Assembly (NCBI GenBank): GCA_032718475.1
Contig: JAUCBJ010003328.1
Span: 1 to 32,640 of the forward strand
Origin: Nemertoderma westbladi
Taxonomy: Eukaryota > Animalia > Xenacoelomorpha
DNA length: 32,640 nucleotides
Direction: 5' to 3'
Shown: piece after piece, positions 11,559 through 23,499 of the stretch
Layout: every line of letters begins with the position of its first letter
Numbering within the stretch: position 1 is the first letter of the stretch
The notes under the pieces: generated by a model
Told to the model about the DNA's origin: nothing
The model's input: only the letters and a program-made list of their open reading frames with translations
Database searches by the model: none
Translations under genes and position numbers: made by a program

Positions 11559-12099
11559 TTAAGTACCCAAACGTGGTCCACTATTCGAAAACAGGGACAC
11601 GGCCTACCATAGTAGGTGCCCCTGCACACTGCCCCTCTGCATCCTTGGACGATGTTGATCTGTAAATACAAAATATATTGTGTGAAAATATATTATAATA
11701 TCTTCATAAAATACCTTTTAGGGTTAGCCACAAAATGACCACTATAATAAATATATCAGATTGAAAAAATGAAAAACTATAGATTGCGTTCAATGTAGAT
11801 TGCTTTTTCTCAAGAATATTTTGCAGGTACAGCTTTAGTATTTAGTATTCTATATTACAAATTCAGAACATTGTTATATACATTTACAACATACTACTAT
11901 TTTTAATTTTAGTAACTGTGTGTTGAGTTATGACATTAAAGAATAAACATGACAATAAACTCACCCGTTGTAACTGCAATGATTCTAGTCGCATGTAAAA
12001 GCCTTTGAGTTCCTTCGATGAGCTTATGAAGGATGGAAGACTCGATACTAGGGGTATTGTCGGCGGGTCGTTCATCGGCTCCAACTTCGCGTCCGTGGT

Positions 12100-12957
12100 A
12101 ATCACCGGTAGATTAACAATCGTGTTTGTTTGGGGTATCACCGGTAGTTTAACAATCGTGTTTGTTTGGGGTATCACTGGTAGATTAACAATCGTGTTTG
12201 TTTGGGGTATCACCGGTAGTTTAACAATCGTGTTTGTTTGGGGTATCACTGGTAGATTAACAATCGTGTTTGTTTGGGGTATCACCGGTAGATTAACAAT
12301 CGTGTTTGTTTGGGGTATCACCGGTAGATTAACAATCGTGTTTGTTTGGGGTATCACTGGTAGTTTAACAATCGTGTTTGTTTGGGGTATCACCGTTAGA
12401 TTAACAATCGTGTTTGTTTGGGGTATCACCGGTAGATTAACAATCGTGTTTGTTTGGGGTATCACAGGTAGATTAACAATCGTGTTTGTTTGGGGTAATC
12501 ACCGGTAGATTAACAATCGTGTTTGTTTGGGGTATCACCGGTAGATTAACAATCGTGTTTGTTTGGGGTATCACCGGTAGATTAACAATCGTGTTTGTTT
12601 GGGGTATCACCGGTAGATTAACAATCGTGTTTGTTTGGGGTATCACCGGTAGATTAACAATCGTGTTTGTTTGGGGTATCACCGTTAGATTAACAATCGT
12701 GTTTGTTTGGGGTATCACCGGTAGATTAACAATCGTGTTTGTTTGGGGTATCACCGGTAGATTAACAATCGTGTTTGTTTGGGGTATCACCGGTAGATTA
12801 ACAATCGTGTTTGTTTGGGGTATCACCGGTAGATTAACAATCGTGTTTGTTTGGGGTATCACCGGTAGATTAACAATCGTGTTTGTTTGGGGTATTACCG
12901 GTAGATTAACAATCGTGTTTGTTTGGGGTATCACTGGTAGATTAACAATCGTGTTTC
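12100..12957. repeat. 36-bp minisatellite, ~24 units
   Basis: Unit ATCACCGGTAGATTAACAATCGTGTTTGTTTGGGGT; one unit near 12497 has an extra A. Confidence 0.97.
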
Positions 12958-13228
12958 CAGTGGTTGTTGGTTCTACTATCCGTATGAACGATCTGACTCC
13001 AACTCCAGCAGAGTGAAAATATAACGCCGTAGTATGGGGATGCTCAGCCAACACGTTCGTGGGGCCTTCGCGCAGCACGAGGCCCAGTTATGAGATACAA
13101 ATTAAAATTGTGCGACTGTATCACAAAATCAGGTTATGAGAGATTAACCCACACCACCAATTAATCAAAGAAAGGGGGAAAGTACGTGTTCACCCCTTTT
13201 AATCTGCACCCCCCCCCCCTCCCACCAA

Positions 13229-13320
13229 TACATAACCGCGACATCTACCACCCACGGAAGGGTAGCACGAACTTTACATAACCGCGACATCTACCACCCA
13301 CGGAAGGGTAGCACGAACTT
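13229..13320. repeat. 46-bp tandem duplication
   Basis: TACATAACCGCGACATCTACCACCCACGGAAGGGTAGCACGAACTT x2. Confidence 0.92.
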
Positions 13321-15338
13321 ATTTCCAAACGCACGTTCAATATGCAAAGCCAGGTGGTTTATAGGAATATAATCAATGCAGTACTCGTCTTCATTATAAG
13401 CCTCTTTGTGTTCGACCTGTTTTGTATTAAAATATATTTATTAAACGCAGGCTGACGCTCTTTATAATAATAATACCTAGGGATGCAGCTTGGGAAAGGA
13501 GCAGGTTACAGTGGCACGTTATTTTAACCAAAACAATAAAGTAAACACAATAGAACAGGTTACAGTTTTATTTTTGAGAGTAATCAGCTGTTGTTATTTG
13601 CGTCCAATTTCCCCTGGAGAGGGATTAATTTTTATTGCGTCCAGTCCCCCCCCCCCCCCCCCCCTATCTTGAAATCAAATACCAAAAATATATTTATTAT
13701 ATGAACAATCTATTTGGAAATTGTAAGTTCGGCCTATCTCTTTACCATAAGCTCAGTATCTTTATCTGGTGTGTTTTTATTATTTTACCAATTATTTAAT
13801 ACGTTTGATAGAATTGAACAACACCGCCCAACACAACCAACTCTCTATCCGCCTCGAGCTGTCGAGCATCGAGAATACGAGAAACTCGATCGAAATACCT
13901 GCTTATCCCAGTAGTATCCGTCCGTAGTCACCGGACCGCTGCGGTTTACTCCCGTAGAACAGTAGAATTCCCGCAGCTTTCGACCCAATTCGACAACGAA
14001 TTCGCTTCACACTTTCACGTCGCAGAGAACGTAATCCAGTGCGATACAAGTATGCCCGGCGTTCAACCATTTCCCCCAGGCGATACCAGGATCCGGGCCG
14101 CCGCTAAACCCAGATCGCAATCCTCGTCGATTCGTCCAGTCGTCGACGTAAGTCAGTAAGTGGGACTCTTCCCACCGCACTCCAAGGTGGGTGACCGGAG
14201 TGAGGCATGAGGAACTTGGCAGTGGCCCGCATTACGATCTGACCGACCGCCGTATTCCCAGTGTCTGAGTGTAGTAAGAATCGAAATAGAATCGTAGTGA
14301 CAAACAAGCAATTCCGTAGCACTGCGTAGTATTCCCCCGTTAATCACCTCTTGAAGCAACTCGGCTGCTCGGGTCCAGATACATCGGACTGTCGGGAGCG
14401 TTTCAGACAGTAATGGAGCGGCATTTGCGAATATTTCCAATGGTTTTATAATAAATAGGGGATTCAACAGTTCAATGCTAAAACAAATGGATTATTCCTA
14501 ACCCCACCCCAATACAGCAATATACCTAACAGTATATAGCTTAGGTACCACAGTCTGACAGTACCATAATCAGTACAGTCAGCCTACGCTAATTTCACAG
14601 CAAAGTCCTTGTCATGGCCTGTGTGTAGTAGGCCATGGGTGGTACCTACGGTGCGCACTACAACGGCAGTACAGCAATACGGTGTACCGTGCCAATGACT
14701 GAATGATTAGCGGTAACTATCTAAACTATTATATTATTATTACCGGTGCCGGTACTGGGCTAATTAGGCCTAAACTATAATCACCGCAAGGGTTCCGGGG
14801 CCATGTTTAATTAGATTACATGATATGGCATGTCTGCAGTGTATGGTACCGGCTGACCAGTATTGCAGTATTGACTGATTGCAGGATTCGAGGTAGAATT
14901 ATATGTCAGATGCCGTCCAATCCGATCCGATCCGATGCAATTCAGCAATTATTCTAGCTACAACTGTCAGACTGCAGACTGTACAAGCCTAGCTGCTTAG
15001 GCCTACTTCTGTTTTGCCTATCACAGTTTCTCTAACGCAATATCCCTTTAATTGAATATCAGAATAATCCACCTATCTTTGCGGTGTTTTATTTAATTAA
15101 TATAGGGCATAATAAATTAGTAGAGGAGCTAGATCTGAAAACTGATTATACCGCGGTTATACGGCGCCTACACTTTTCTTTACTGCAATGAAAGCCGGTG
15201 TATAGCTATATAGTACCCGGCTGCGTAGGGTTCCAGGACGAAGGTCAGAAAAAAAGCACTACTGTATGGTCATTTTTCGACCGTCGACACAAAGCCGCTA
15301 CGAAGTTATTATGGGACAGGATGGTGATGCTCGGTAGA

Positions 15339-15712
15339 CAGTGGCGGTTCTAGGGGGGGGGGGGGGGAAGGGGGCATCTGCCCCTCCGCAGGTATCTTGG
15401 GGGGGGGGGGGCTTGCCCCCTCCCTAGCGAAAGGTAATGTGGTAAATCCGTACCAGTGGGTACCGACTTGCTCGAAAACAGACCTCTCTGGGAAAAGACT
15501 TCTATTTTTTTTCAAAATTTAGTTACTACCCGGAGATATCCATTATAAAACACTCTGATATTTTTGTAAAATTCTGGAACTTTGGGAATTCGGGAAAAAA
15601 TCGGGAAATTTTCTTCAAAGTTTTCTTCTTCGAACTGTAGCTTGTTTCCGAAACGTGCAGTGGCGTGCAGAAGGGGGGGGGGGGGCACCTTCCAAGGGGC
15701 GCCAAAATTTGA
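15339..15712 (+). mobile_element. hAT-like MITE fragments
   Basis: CAGTGGCGGTTCTAG(G)n terminus at 15339 and CAGTGGCGTGCAG..GGGGCGCCAAAAT at 15658. No matching opposite end found. Confidence 0.4.
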
Positions 15713-16510
15713 GCAGTAGTGGCATCATAGCCAGCTGATAGTATAATGGTGGTTCCAAGTTTAGCTTATTGATGCTAGACATTTAGCCCATCCAACATAC
15801 AAACATAGTAGTTTGGTTCTGTATTGGTTGCATAGCCTTTCAGCACTGCCCACATTGCACATGTGAAGGTGTCACAGGTGAGAAGGTAGATGTCTCCTGC
15901 GATTGGTCCATGGTATGGTCACTGGAAATATCTCCATTGGTAAGTTCAGTGGCTTTGTGGTTTAAGGCATGTGCAAGTAAATTTAAGCAGTAAATTTCTT
16001 AATATAATATAATTTTGCAATTAAAATAGTCATTTAATTACTTCAATATTTTCCACTACCACACATGTTATGAAAGTTTGTGCGGCTAAAATACTAAAGT
16101 ATATTTATTGCCTCTTAAATAATTAAATATAAGATAATTATTTTATTGCGCAGAACACCATCTCCATACCGAAACCTAACTAACCAAAACAATAAACGAT
16201 ATCATTACAAATTAATGGAAAGGAGTGCCACACACGTCGCGTCTCTCCTCCACATCTTTGGAACGATACGGGTTACCACCAGCTGACGGCTGCGACCCTT
16301 CCATTAACTAAATAATTAGATAATTAGACATAGACGGGTTTAGACAAAGTTGTTGTTAGGAATGTTTTTGTTGAACGATTTAAAGCTGGCGTTTATAAAC
16401 GTTTACAAGTCCGAAAAATTGACCTCAGCAAATTAAATATTTTGCCCCCCCCCCCCCCCCCATTGTAGCTAAAACATTACATGTATTACGTGAAATACTG
16501 TATTACACAT

Positions 16511-17290
16511 TCGCGCAGCACGAGACTCAGTTAACGAGAATCTGTACCGATACGTACCAAGTTTGGTTAAATTTCAGCAATGATTAGCCGACTTATTTCG
16601 ATTTTTATCAAAAGTCTGAAACTACTGGTACCGACTGACAGAGTGTATGATTTTTGTCCAAACTTAAAAATCCTTCTAAACTTTTGGAAGACTATGTTTA
16701 ACACTTGTACTCTCTTTGAGGTCATTTTTGACCCATCGGAGATTTAAACTTACACAATTTTATCACACATTGATATTTTATCTCGAAATTTTGTGACTTT
16801 TTTATTTTATAGTACTTCTCAATTAGAAAAACAAAAATGTAAAAATTTGCAAGGGGGTCTACAAGGGGGTACACAACCAATACAAATTAAATTTAAAGGT
16901 AAGCATTATGAGACTATTTTTATATATCCAGTATCTAGTCTCAGAATTGCGTCGCGTGAGGTAACTTTTGTTATTCCCCATTCAAATGAGTTTTACACAA
17001 AACTTCAAGATGCTTTAATTATTACTAAATGTGTACTGTACGTTAGGATCGACGAGAGGACAACTCACACATTTATATATTAAATTAAACCGCGCCGCGG
17101 GTACTATGTGGAGCAATATTAAAATAGACCTCAATGAGAAGCGATTGAGAACAGCTGAAACTTAATTTCATCAATTAATGGCTCATCAATCAATGACTGA
17201 GTTATTAGCGACGACAACGACGACAAACAATTCGTGAATGGTACCCATTTGTTAAGGCTTCACTCACTTCGTGGCTTGCCCCACAAACAG
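16511..17290. mobile_element. Helentron/HINE-like dispersed repeat (copy 2, may contain inserted sequence)
   Basis: Shares both end motifs and the internal GGTACCGACTGACAGA..GATTTTTG..TTCTAAACTTTTG block with 3280-3886, in the same orientation. Confidence 0.6.
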
Positions 17291-17582
17291 CTAACATAAA
17301 AAATATTATACAAACCAAAATAAACTTAATAAATGGAAAGGGAAAATTAATCTAATTAATTTATTGAATCGCGGTTAACGTTAATTCGTGTTTGACCTTG
17401 TTAATTAGATTTAATAATTTATATAACAAACATTTAGTTTTACTGTATAATTAATGAACAATATTACAGCTGTTTAAACAATGTAGAATCAGTTTGTGTT
17501 ATGCAATGGAGTAACAATGTCCGTTATAATGGCTAACACAATAAGAATAAGAACATAAAGAAAGTTGTTAAAACATACTTAC

Positions 17583-17752
17583 GCAAAAAAACTGCGATGG
17601 AGGAGTGACAGTGGCACCATGCCAGATAGGTTGGAGTTATACCCGATTATTCCCCGTTTTACGTTGAGGTTTTTGCTACGTATTTGTAGGTACTGTTCAC
17701 TATCGACAGCAAGGGCCAGTGCAACTACCAAGAATAACATAAACCAATTCAT
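17583..17752 (-). CDS. Candidate first exon of a secreted protein (signal peptide)
   Basis: MNWFMLFLVVALALA-VDSEQYLQIRSKNLNVKRGIIGYNSNLSGMVPLSLLHRSFF followed by a perfect GTAAGT donor. No downstream exon identified. Confidence 0.42.
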
Positions 17753-18267
17753 ATTATTTGATTTGCGATTGAGAATTAAAGTTCAGCTAATAATACGTTT
17801 ATACCCAAAATAATATATACAGTACGGTATTGTTGGTAGTTATAATAACTACAGTACTTTCGGTATTCTTATGTATTCGTGAAATAAAAAAAATAATAAT
17901 GTAGATTTTTTATCAGCAGTTGGATCAGAATGTTTTAGTTTTGGATAAAACTACTACATTTTATGCGATGATCCAATTAAATAGCTCTCATTATTTCTCA
18001 CAAGTTTATTAGTAAGTCGATAATTCTACTTTCGAAACACGTCGCCTTTTATCGCCAAATCATTAATTTGTGCTTCACAATCCGTCAATCAAATATAATT
18101 CTTCTTTTTATTATTATTAAACACCTCGTATAATATTTAGAGAGTGAGAAAAAAAACACCAAGGTTACGTATAACACTAACAGGTGAATATTTCCTAATT
18201 AAAAATCACACGAATAAAATAAAAACTCAAGTAAAATTCAATGCAATAATATATTTATTTACAGGTA

Positions 18268-18391
18268 AAATTACATACAATGGGGTCTACTAGTGATACA
18301 GTATAATATATTTACAAAGCTTTATTAAATTACATACAATGGGGTCTACTAGTGATACAGTATAATATATTTACAAAGCTTTATTAAATTA
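18268..18391. repeat. 59-bp tandem duplication
   Basis: AAATTACATACAATGGGGTCTACTAGTGATACAG.. x2. Confidence 0.9.
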
Positions 18392-18399
18392 ACAATACC

Positions 18400-18575
18400 T
18401 CAGTGGATTTTTTACCTTCGAATAAAATAATCTTTGTTCGTCGAGTTTACGACATCAACCGGTAAATTATTCCATATATTAACTATTCGATTACTAAAGG
18501 AGAACTAACTAATCTGGAGGCTGGAACGTTGTTGAAACAGTTTGTAATTATGACCTCGCGACCCTGGCCTATTAG
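18400..18575 (-). mobile_element. CR1-clade LINE ORF2 C-terminal fragment
   Basis: Translates SRGHNYKLFQQRSSLQIS*FSFSNRIVNIWNNLPVDVVNS, matching the CR1 'RGH..KL...F..R.V..WN.LP..VV' end motif. Confidence 0.75.
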
Positions 18576-18592
18576 CACTTTTGAAAAATACA

Positions 18593-18735
18593 TCGGTCTT
18601 GAACTTATTTATGTCCCTCTTGATTTATTTATATGTCAGTCTTGATTTATTAATGTCGATTTTGAATATATTTATGCCGCACTTGATTTAATTATCTCGC
18701 CCTTGAATTATTATTGCCGCCCTTGAATTATTATT
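18593..18735. repeat. Degenerate ~21-bp minisatellite
   Basis: About 7 recurring CTTGA(A/T)TTATT..GCCGC-like units. Confidence 0.7.
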
Positions 18736-18760
18736 CACGATCACATCACGATATCTATTT

Positions 18761-19730
18761 ATAATGTTCTCCAGATGGTGATTTTTGGCTAAAGATCAGT
18801 TAGTGAGTCAATCAGTCAGTTGGCCACAAGTAATTCTTACAGTAAGTAACATTTTGAACATAAATTATATTTTTTAGTAGAATATCTCCTCAAAAGGGCA
18901 AAATTTGTACTGATTCATCAATCACGAACAACAGACTTCATCATGTGTATACCCATTTTTAATACACTTCGATGAGAGGGATGTTATAAAAAATTTATTT
19001 AAAATTTATTAAAATCTTAACTCATTATTAGTAAATTAAGTTTAAATTTTATAATTTAATTAAATGTAAATTAAAAGTAAATTTGTGGTTCCAATGAGAA
19101 TCTATTTCAAGTTCAGATGAGTATACAACATATAATGATTTCTGATCACTAAGCATAGGGTGAAAAGTAACAAAGAAATTTGTTAAGTGTCATACTGAAA
19201 AAATTGTTTGCTGTGGTAAAATAATTTTTTTAATTCACTAAACAGTAAGCTGACGATTGCGGTTCCAATGAGACTATTTTCAACTTCATACGACCTTCCA
19301 AACTCTTGTTACAGCATATTATGACTTCTGATCACTACCTGACTACGCCTAGGTTGAAAAGTCGATTTTTGACATTTCTCATACTGAAAAAATTGTTCGC
19401 TGTTGAAAATAAATATTTTTTAATCCACTAACAGTAAACCGACGATTGCGGTTCCAATGAGACTATTTTCAACTTTATACGACCTCCCAAACTCTTCTTA
19501 CAACATATTAATGATTCCGATCATTATGCCTAAGGTGAAAATTAGTTTTTGTCGACGCAACAGATGAAAAATGATGTCTACTGATGAAAATGAAATTTTT
19601 TTCAAATTTTTGATTTTTTTGTAGTTCTGGGATCATAATGGAGAGAATGTGGGGCGGCCCCCTTTGATTCCAAGAATATGACCATGTACCTCCTACCCCT
19701 AGTTTAATGATGTTCCGGAGCATCATCTGT
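18761..19730 (+). mobile_element. HINE/DINE-like element with three ~180-bp internal tandem units
   Basis: (TCAG)n microsatellite near 18800. Units starting TTG(T/C)GGTTCCAATGAGA at 19083, 19257 and 19446. Weak subterminal IR TTCTCCA/TGGAGAGA. The tandem is clear; boundaries are approximate. Confidence 0.5.
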
Positions 19731-19828
19731 TGAGTTGAGGGAGTTGATGTTATTCTGAAACAATTTACGTCTCAACAAGGTAAAGAATAATGGAGGTACA
19801 CGCACATGTGGAAGTTTACACTCCTTAA

Positions 19829-19870
19829 CCCTATTTGGCCCGGGGGGGGGGGGGGTGGGTGTCATTTTAG
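19829..19870 (+). mobile_element. piggyBac-like MITE terminus
   Basis: TTAA (19825-19828) followed by CCCTATTTGGCCC(G)n. Partner end not found. Confidence 0.35.
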
Positions 19871-20619
19871 AACATTTAGTGTCATTTTTGTAATTTATCT
19901 GTATCTTTGAGTTAGGTTTGTTGGGAAAACCGAGATTCGTGACTTTTCCTAAAATTTAATGGGCTATTAAAGAGAGCAAACGCCATTTACATGGTATGTT
20001 AGTTTTCGTGTTGTGGTCCCTTTCTGGAACCCATCTCCAGTATTTTTTGTGCTAAAATTTTCAAAAGTTTTTATAATACACTAAAATTAATTTATTTGCA
20101 GTATATAGCGATTTTTCCACACTGATCACGAATATTAAACTCAAATATAACATTCGAGAACATTTTTGGTAATATTGAATGTGCCCTCTTGGGCACGAAA
20201 AAAACAAGTAGTGCAAATATGTAAATGAAAATCACCACAAAATCAAATTGCTTTTAAGACCATATGGGTTTTTTGGGATGCTAATCACAAATTTGACACT
20301 GAAATATATCCCTACATTGTTGATTAAGGCAATTTTGTAATTTTTTGCTACTTGTACCTACTTTTCGTTCTGGGGCACTAGAATGGCACCACAATTGGTT
20401 GTAACTAGTTTCCTCGTGCTCAGCGACCTCAAAAACCCGTATACGTTCAAAATTTAATTATCAAACCAAAGAAAGCATTTTTTAGTTTGACGTTTTTTTA
20501 CCCTTTCAAAACTATGGCATAACAGTTAAATCGTCTCATGTTTTGTATGGGTGGATTGTCTGCCACATCATCCAGCTGCGGACCAACCGCATTCAGATGT
20601 TGCCCTTTTGGGATTGGTA

Positions 20620-20746
20620 CTGATCGAAACATTACCAGGAATAATGCTAGTACTATTTCCAGAAGTAATATTGCAATGCAACATGACTTAAATTCCCTTT
20701 TGGATGGAACTGTGCCAGTTGGAGGACATAAGAATTGCTTAGCCAT
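20620..20746 (-). pseudogene. hAT transposase C-terminal dimerisation-domain fragment
   Basis: MAKQFLCPPTGTVPSKREFK, then after a frameshift CNITSGNSTSIIPGNV. Resembles 'LA..YL..P..SV.SER.F...GNI....R..L.P.NV'. Confidence 0.5.
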
Positions 20747-21619
20747 CTGAATTGCTTAGCCATCTGAAATTATATAAATTATTATAGAATATTGGCTAAA
20801 TGAAAATTAAAAAATAACCATTTATTGCATGGAAAACAAATAGCTCCATTTTCCATATAAATATATCAAGGTATATATCAAAATATATCAAATATATCAA
20901 GACCTGAGTTGCCTTGCGGTTCTGCAGCACGAAAGCCCCACATGTTAGTTAGTTTAGAGATTGCTAGACTGTAATTAAAATGTTTGGAATAATATGTAGT
21001 TTTGATTTAGCCATACAAGTAATAATTATAACCATATGGTATGTGACAGCGTTGTGTTATTTCTATTAAAGGAACAGAATAATTAAAAATATTTATAACT
21101 ATAATTCCATTATAAACTTCTGTATATATAATTAATTATAAGCTTATTTTCTTATACCTATAAAATTATTCCTTATTATATATTTATATTTGGCAACCCT
21201 AAAAAAACATACATTACACAAAATAAATGCTTGATTGAATCAGTAACAACTATATCCAATCCACTTAGAATAAGGTAGGTAACAATAGGTGACATCAAAA
21301 ATATCTATACCATAGGTAGTTTTCACCACCATGGGCGTGAACACATTGTCAGATTTCCAAATCTGACAAGAGTCTAGAGACTTTTGAAGATATTATTACA
21401 GTTGGAGGAATTCCAAATAAGCGCTCGAAGAACAACCTGATTGTTAGACAAGCATCTTGAGACTGTAGATAATTACACACATGATTGCATATCCACATGG
21501 TTGACCATGAAAGGAGTAATTGTCAACCCCTTCCCAAGACCCATTTCTGTTATCTTTTTATCCATTTCAGCATGATCTGCTGCTTCCGTAATGAAAGGAC
21601 ACTGATACCACTGCCCAGA

Positions 21620-23400
21620 CACTTTAATATCCTTTTTGATAAAATAAAGGAAAATATTCAATTAAAAAGGGATTCCAATGCTGTTGCAGATCATTTTCGC
21701 TCAGTCAGCATCAATGTTGGTGATAAAGAGTGGACTACATTTGATACGATCACAGAAGATCGAGTTACTAAAATAATTAATGAACTGAAAACGACCTCTT
21801 CGCTGATTGACCCCATCCCAGCATCATTGTTGCGTCGTTCAGAACCAGTTATAAGTGTAATAAGACCTATTATTACAAGATATATCAATGTCTCTCTAAC
21901 AACTGGTTGCGTCCCTGACAAAGTAAAAACTGTTGTGACTAGCCCTCTCATTAAGAAGCGAAATTTGCATCCAAATGTTAAGAATAACTACAGACCTGTT
22001 TCTAACCTTGAATATGTTTCAAAAATATGTGAAAAAGAAGTAGCTTTTCAGTTACAGTTACATATGGCGAAAAATCGTGTTCTTTCAAAGTTCTTATCAG
22101 GGTATCGAAAACATTTTTCAACTGAAACTATGCTGACACGTATTCATAATGATATCATGGGTGCTTTGGATAACAAAAAGCTAGTTGCCTTATTACTATT
22201 GGATCAATCGGCAGCATTCGATACAGTAGATTATAATAAACTCATTACTTGCCTCATGGATATAGGAATTAAAGGGACGGTACTAGATTGGCTAAAGAGT
22301 TATCTTAGTGAGAGATCTTTTTGGGTAATGATCAAAGGAGTTCGATCTTGTGTGGTGAAACTTGATTCTGGCGTCCCGCAAGGCTCGATTTTGGGACCGT
22401 TATTGTACTTAATATATACTCTGCCGCTTGCTCAACTTTGCATGGACATGAACTTAAACTTTCAGATTTATGCTGATGATACACAGCTGTACTTCATCTT
22501 TGCTCTTAAAGATCTAGATATTATCAATAATGAGATAGTGAATGTGATAAATATACTAGATAATTGGATGGTGTCTGTGAACCTTATGTTAAATAGTGAC
22601 AAAACCGAGCTTATGATAATTCGTAATCGCTTTGCAATTGCTGATATTGAACCTGTAACTCTTATTTTTGGTGAGAAAAATGTGACTTCAGTATCTCATT
22701 TCAAATCTTTAGGATTCATACTTGATGACAAAATGAACATGGAAAGACACATTTCGTCTATTGTAAAGGTATCCAATTATAATTTAAGGAATATATCAAG
22801 GATAAGAAGATATTTATGTAGGGAGCAAACTGTAAAGCTGATGACGTCTTTAATACTATCGAGAATGGACTACTGTAAGTATTTATTAGTTGGTATTCTG
22901 GATTATCTACAGCAAAGATTTCAAAGGGTGATTAATAATTGCGCACGTGTTGTAAATTGTGTTAATAGGCGTTCTCATGTGACACCTCTACTCAAAGACC
23001 TTCATTGGTTGCCAACATCTTTCAGAATCAGGTATAAGATTGCATTAATAACTTGGAAGTGTTTAAATGGAGTTGCTCCTGATTACTTGGCTGAATTAAT
23101 TCAAATTAACTCCAAAGTGACACGATCGCAGTATAACTCAACTTTGGTAGTACCATCAACCAACTATAAAACATTTGGTGATAGATCTTTTTCAGCGGCT
23201 GCACCGTGAATCTTTAATGACCTACCATTGGAAATCAGGATAACGAGCAGTCTAGCTTCTTTCAAAACTATGCTTAAGTCACATTATTTTCTTAAGGCTT
23301 TTCCGAACTAATATTATGTAATGTACATATAAATGCGCATTAGACTTATTTATTTATAGATAGTGCGCTATATAAATTTGGTGTTATTATTATTATTATA
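21620..23400 (+). mobile_element. 5'-truncated non-LTR retrotransposon (L2/Daphne-like, CR1 group), reverse transcriptase
   Basis: Motifs NYRPVSNL, LLDQSAAFDTVD, GVPQGSILGPLL, YADDTQLY and LKDLHWLP. One premature TGA at 23207-23209, after which the frame continues IFNDLPLEIR..FKTMLKSHYF to TAA at 23311. 3' GCGCA..TGCGCTATATAAAT stem-loop and (TAT)n tail. Confidence 0.93.
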
Positions 23401-23499
23401 TGTAGTTAACTTGTACAAACCATAAAAACTATATTACTACCAATAAAAATAACAATAACAATTAACAACCGCCCCTATGAGGGGAAAGAAATAATTATT

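Larger units (their letters stand above)
10717..13078 (-). pseudogene. Disrupted spliced gene: (NLPVIPQTNTIV)n exon plus a Cys-containing exon interrupted by a transposon
   Basis: Donor CGG|GTGAGT after 11965 and acceptor TTTACAG| before 11659 are both phase 0. Removing 10848-11558 plus one TTAA gives an open 75-aa exon (INIVQGCRGAVCRG..VWVLNADVVLEEV..ELSNK*). There is a +1 frameshift near 12497. The 5' end is unresolved. Confidence 0.6.

Noticed and set aside
6197-12957. CRISPR-like appearance of the 44-, 30- and 36-bp repeats
   Set aside because: Units are head-to-tail with no unique spacers, there are no cas genes, and the context is eukaryotic.
15720-15990. Protein-like minus-strand frame (PYHGPIAGDIYLLTCDTFTCAMWAVLKGY..)
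   Set aside because: It has stops, no splice signals and no recognisable family, so it cannot be supported.
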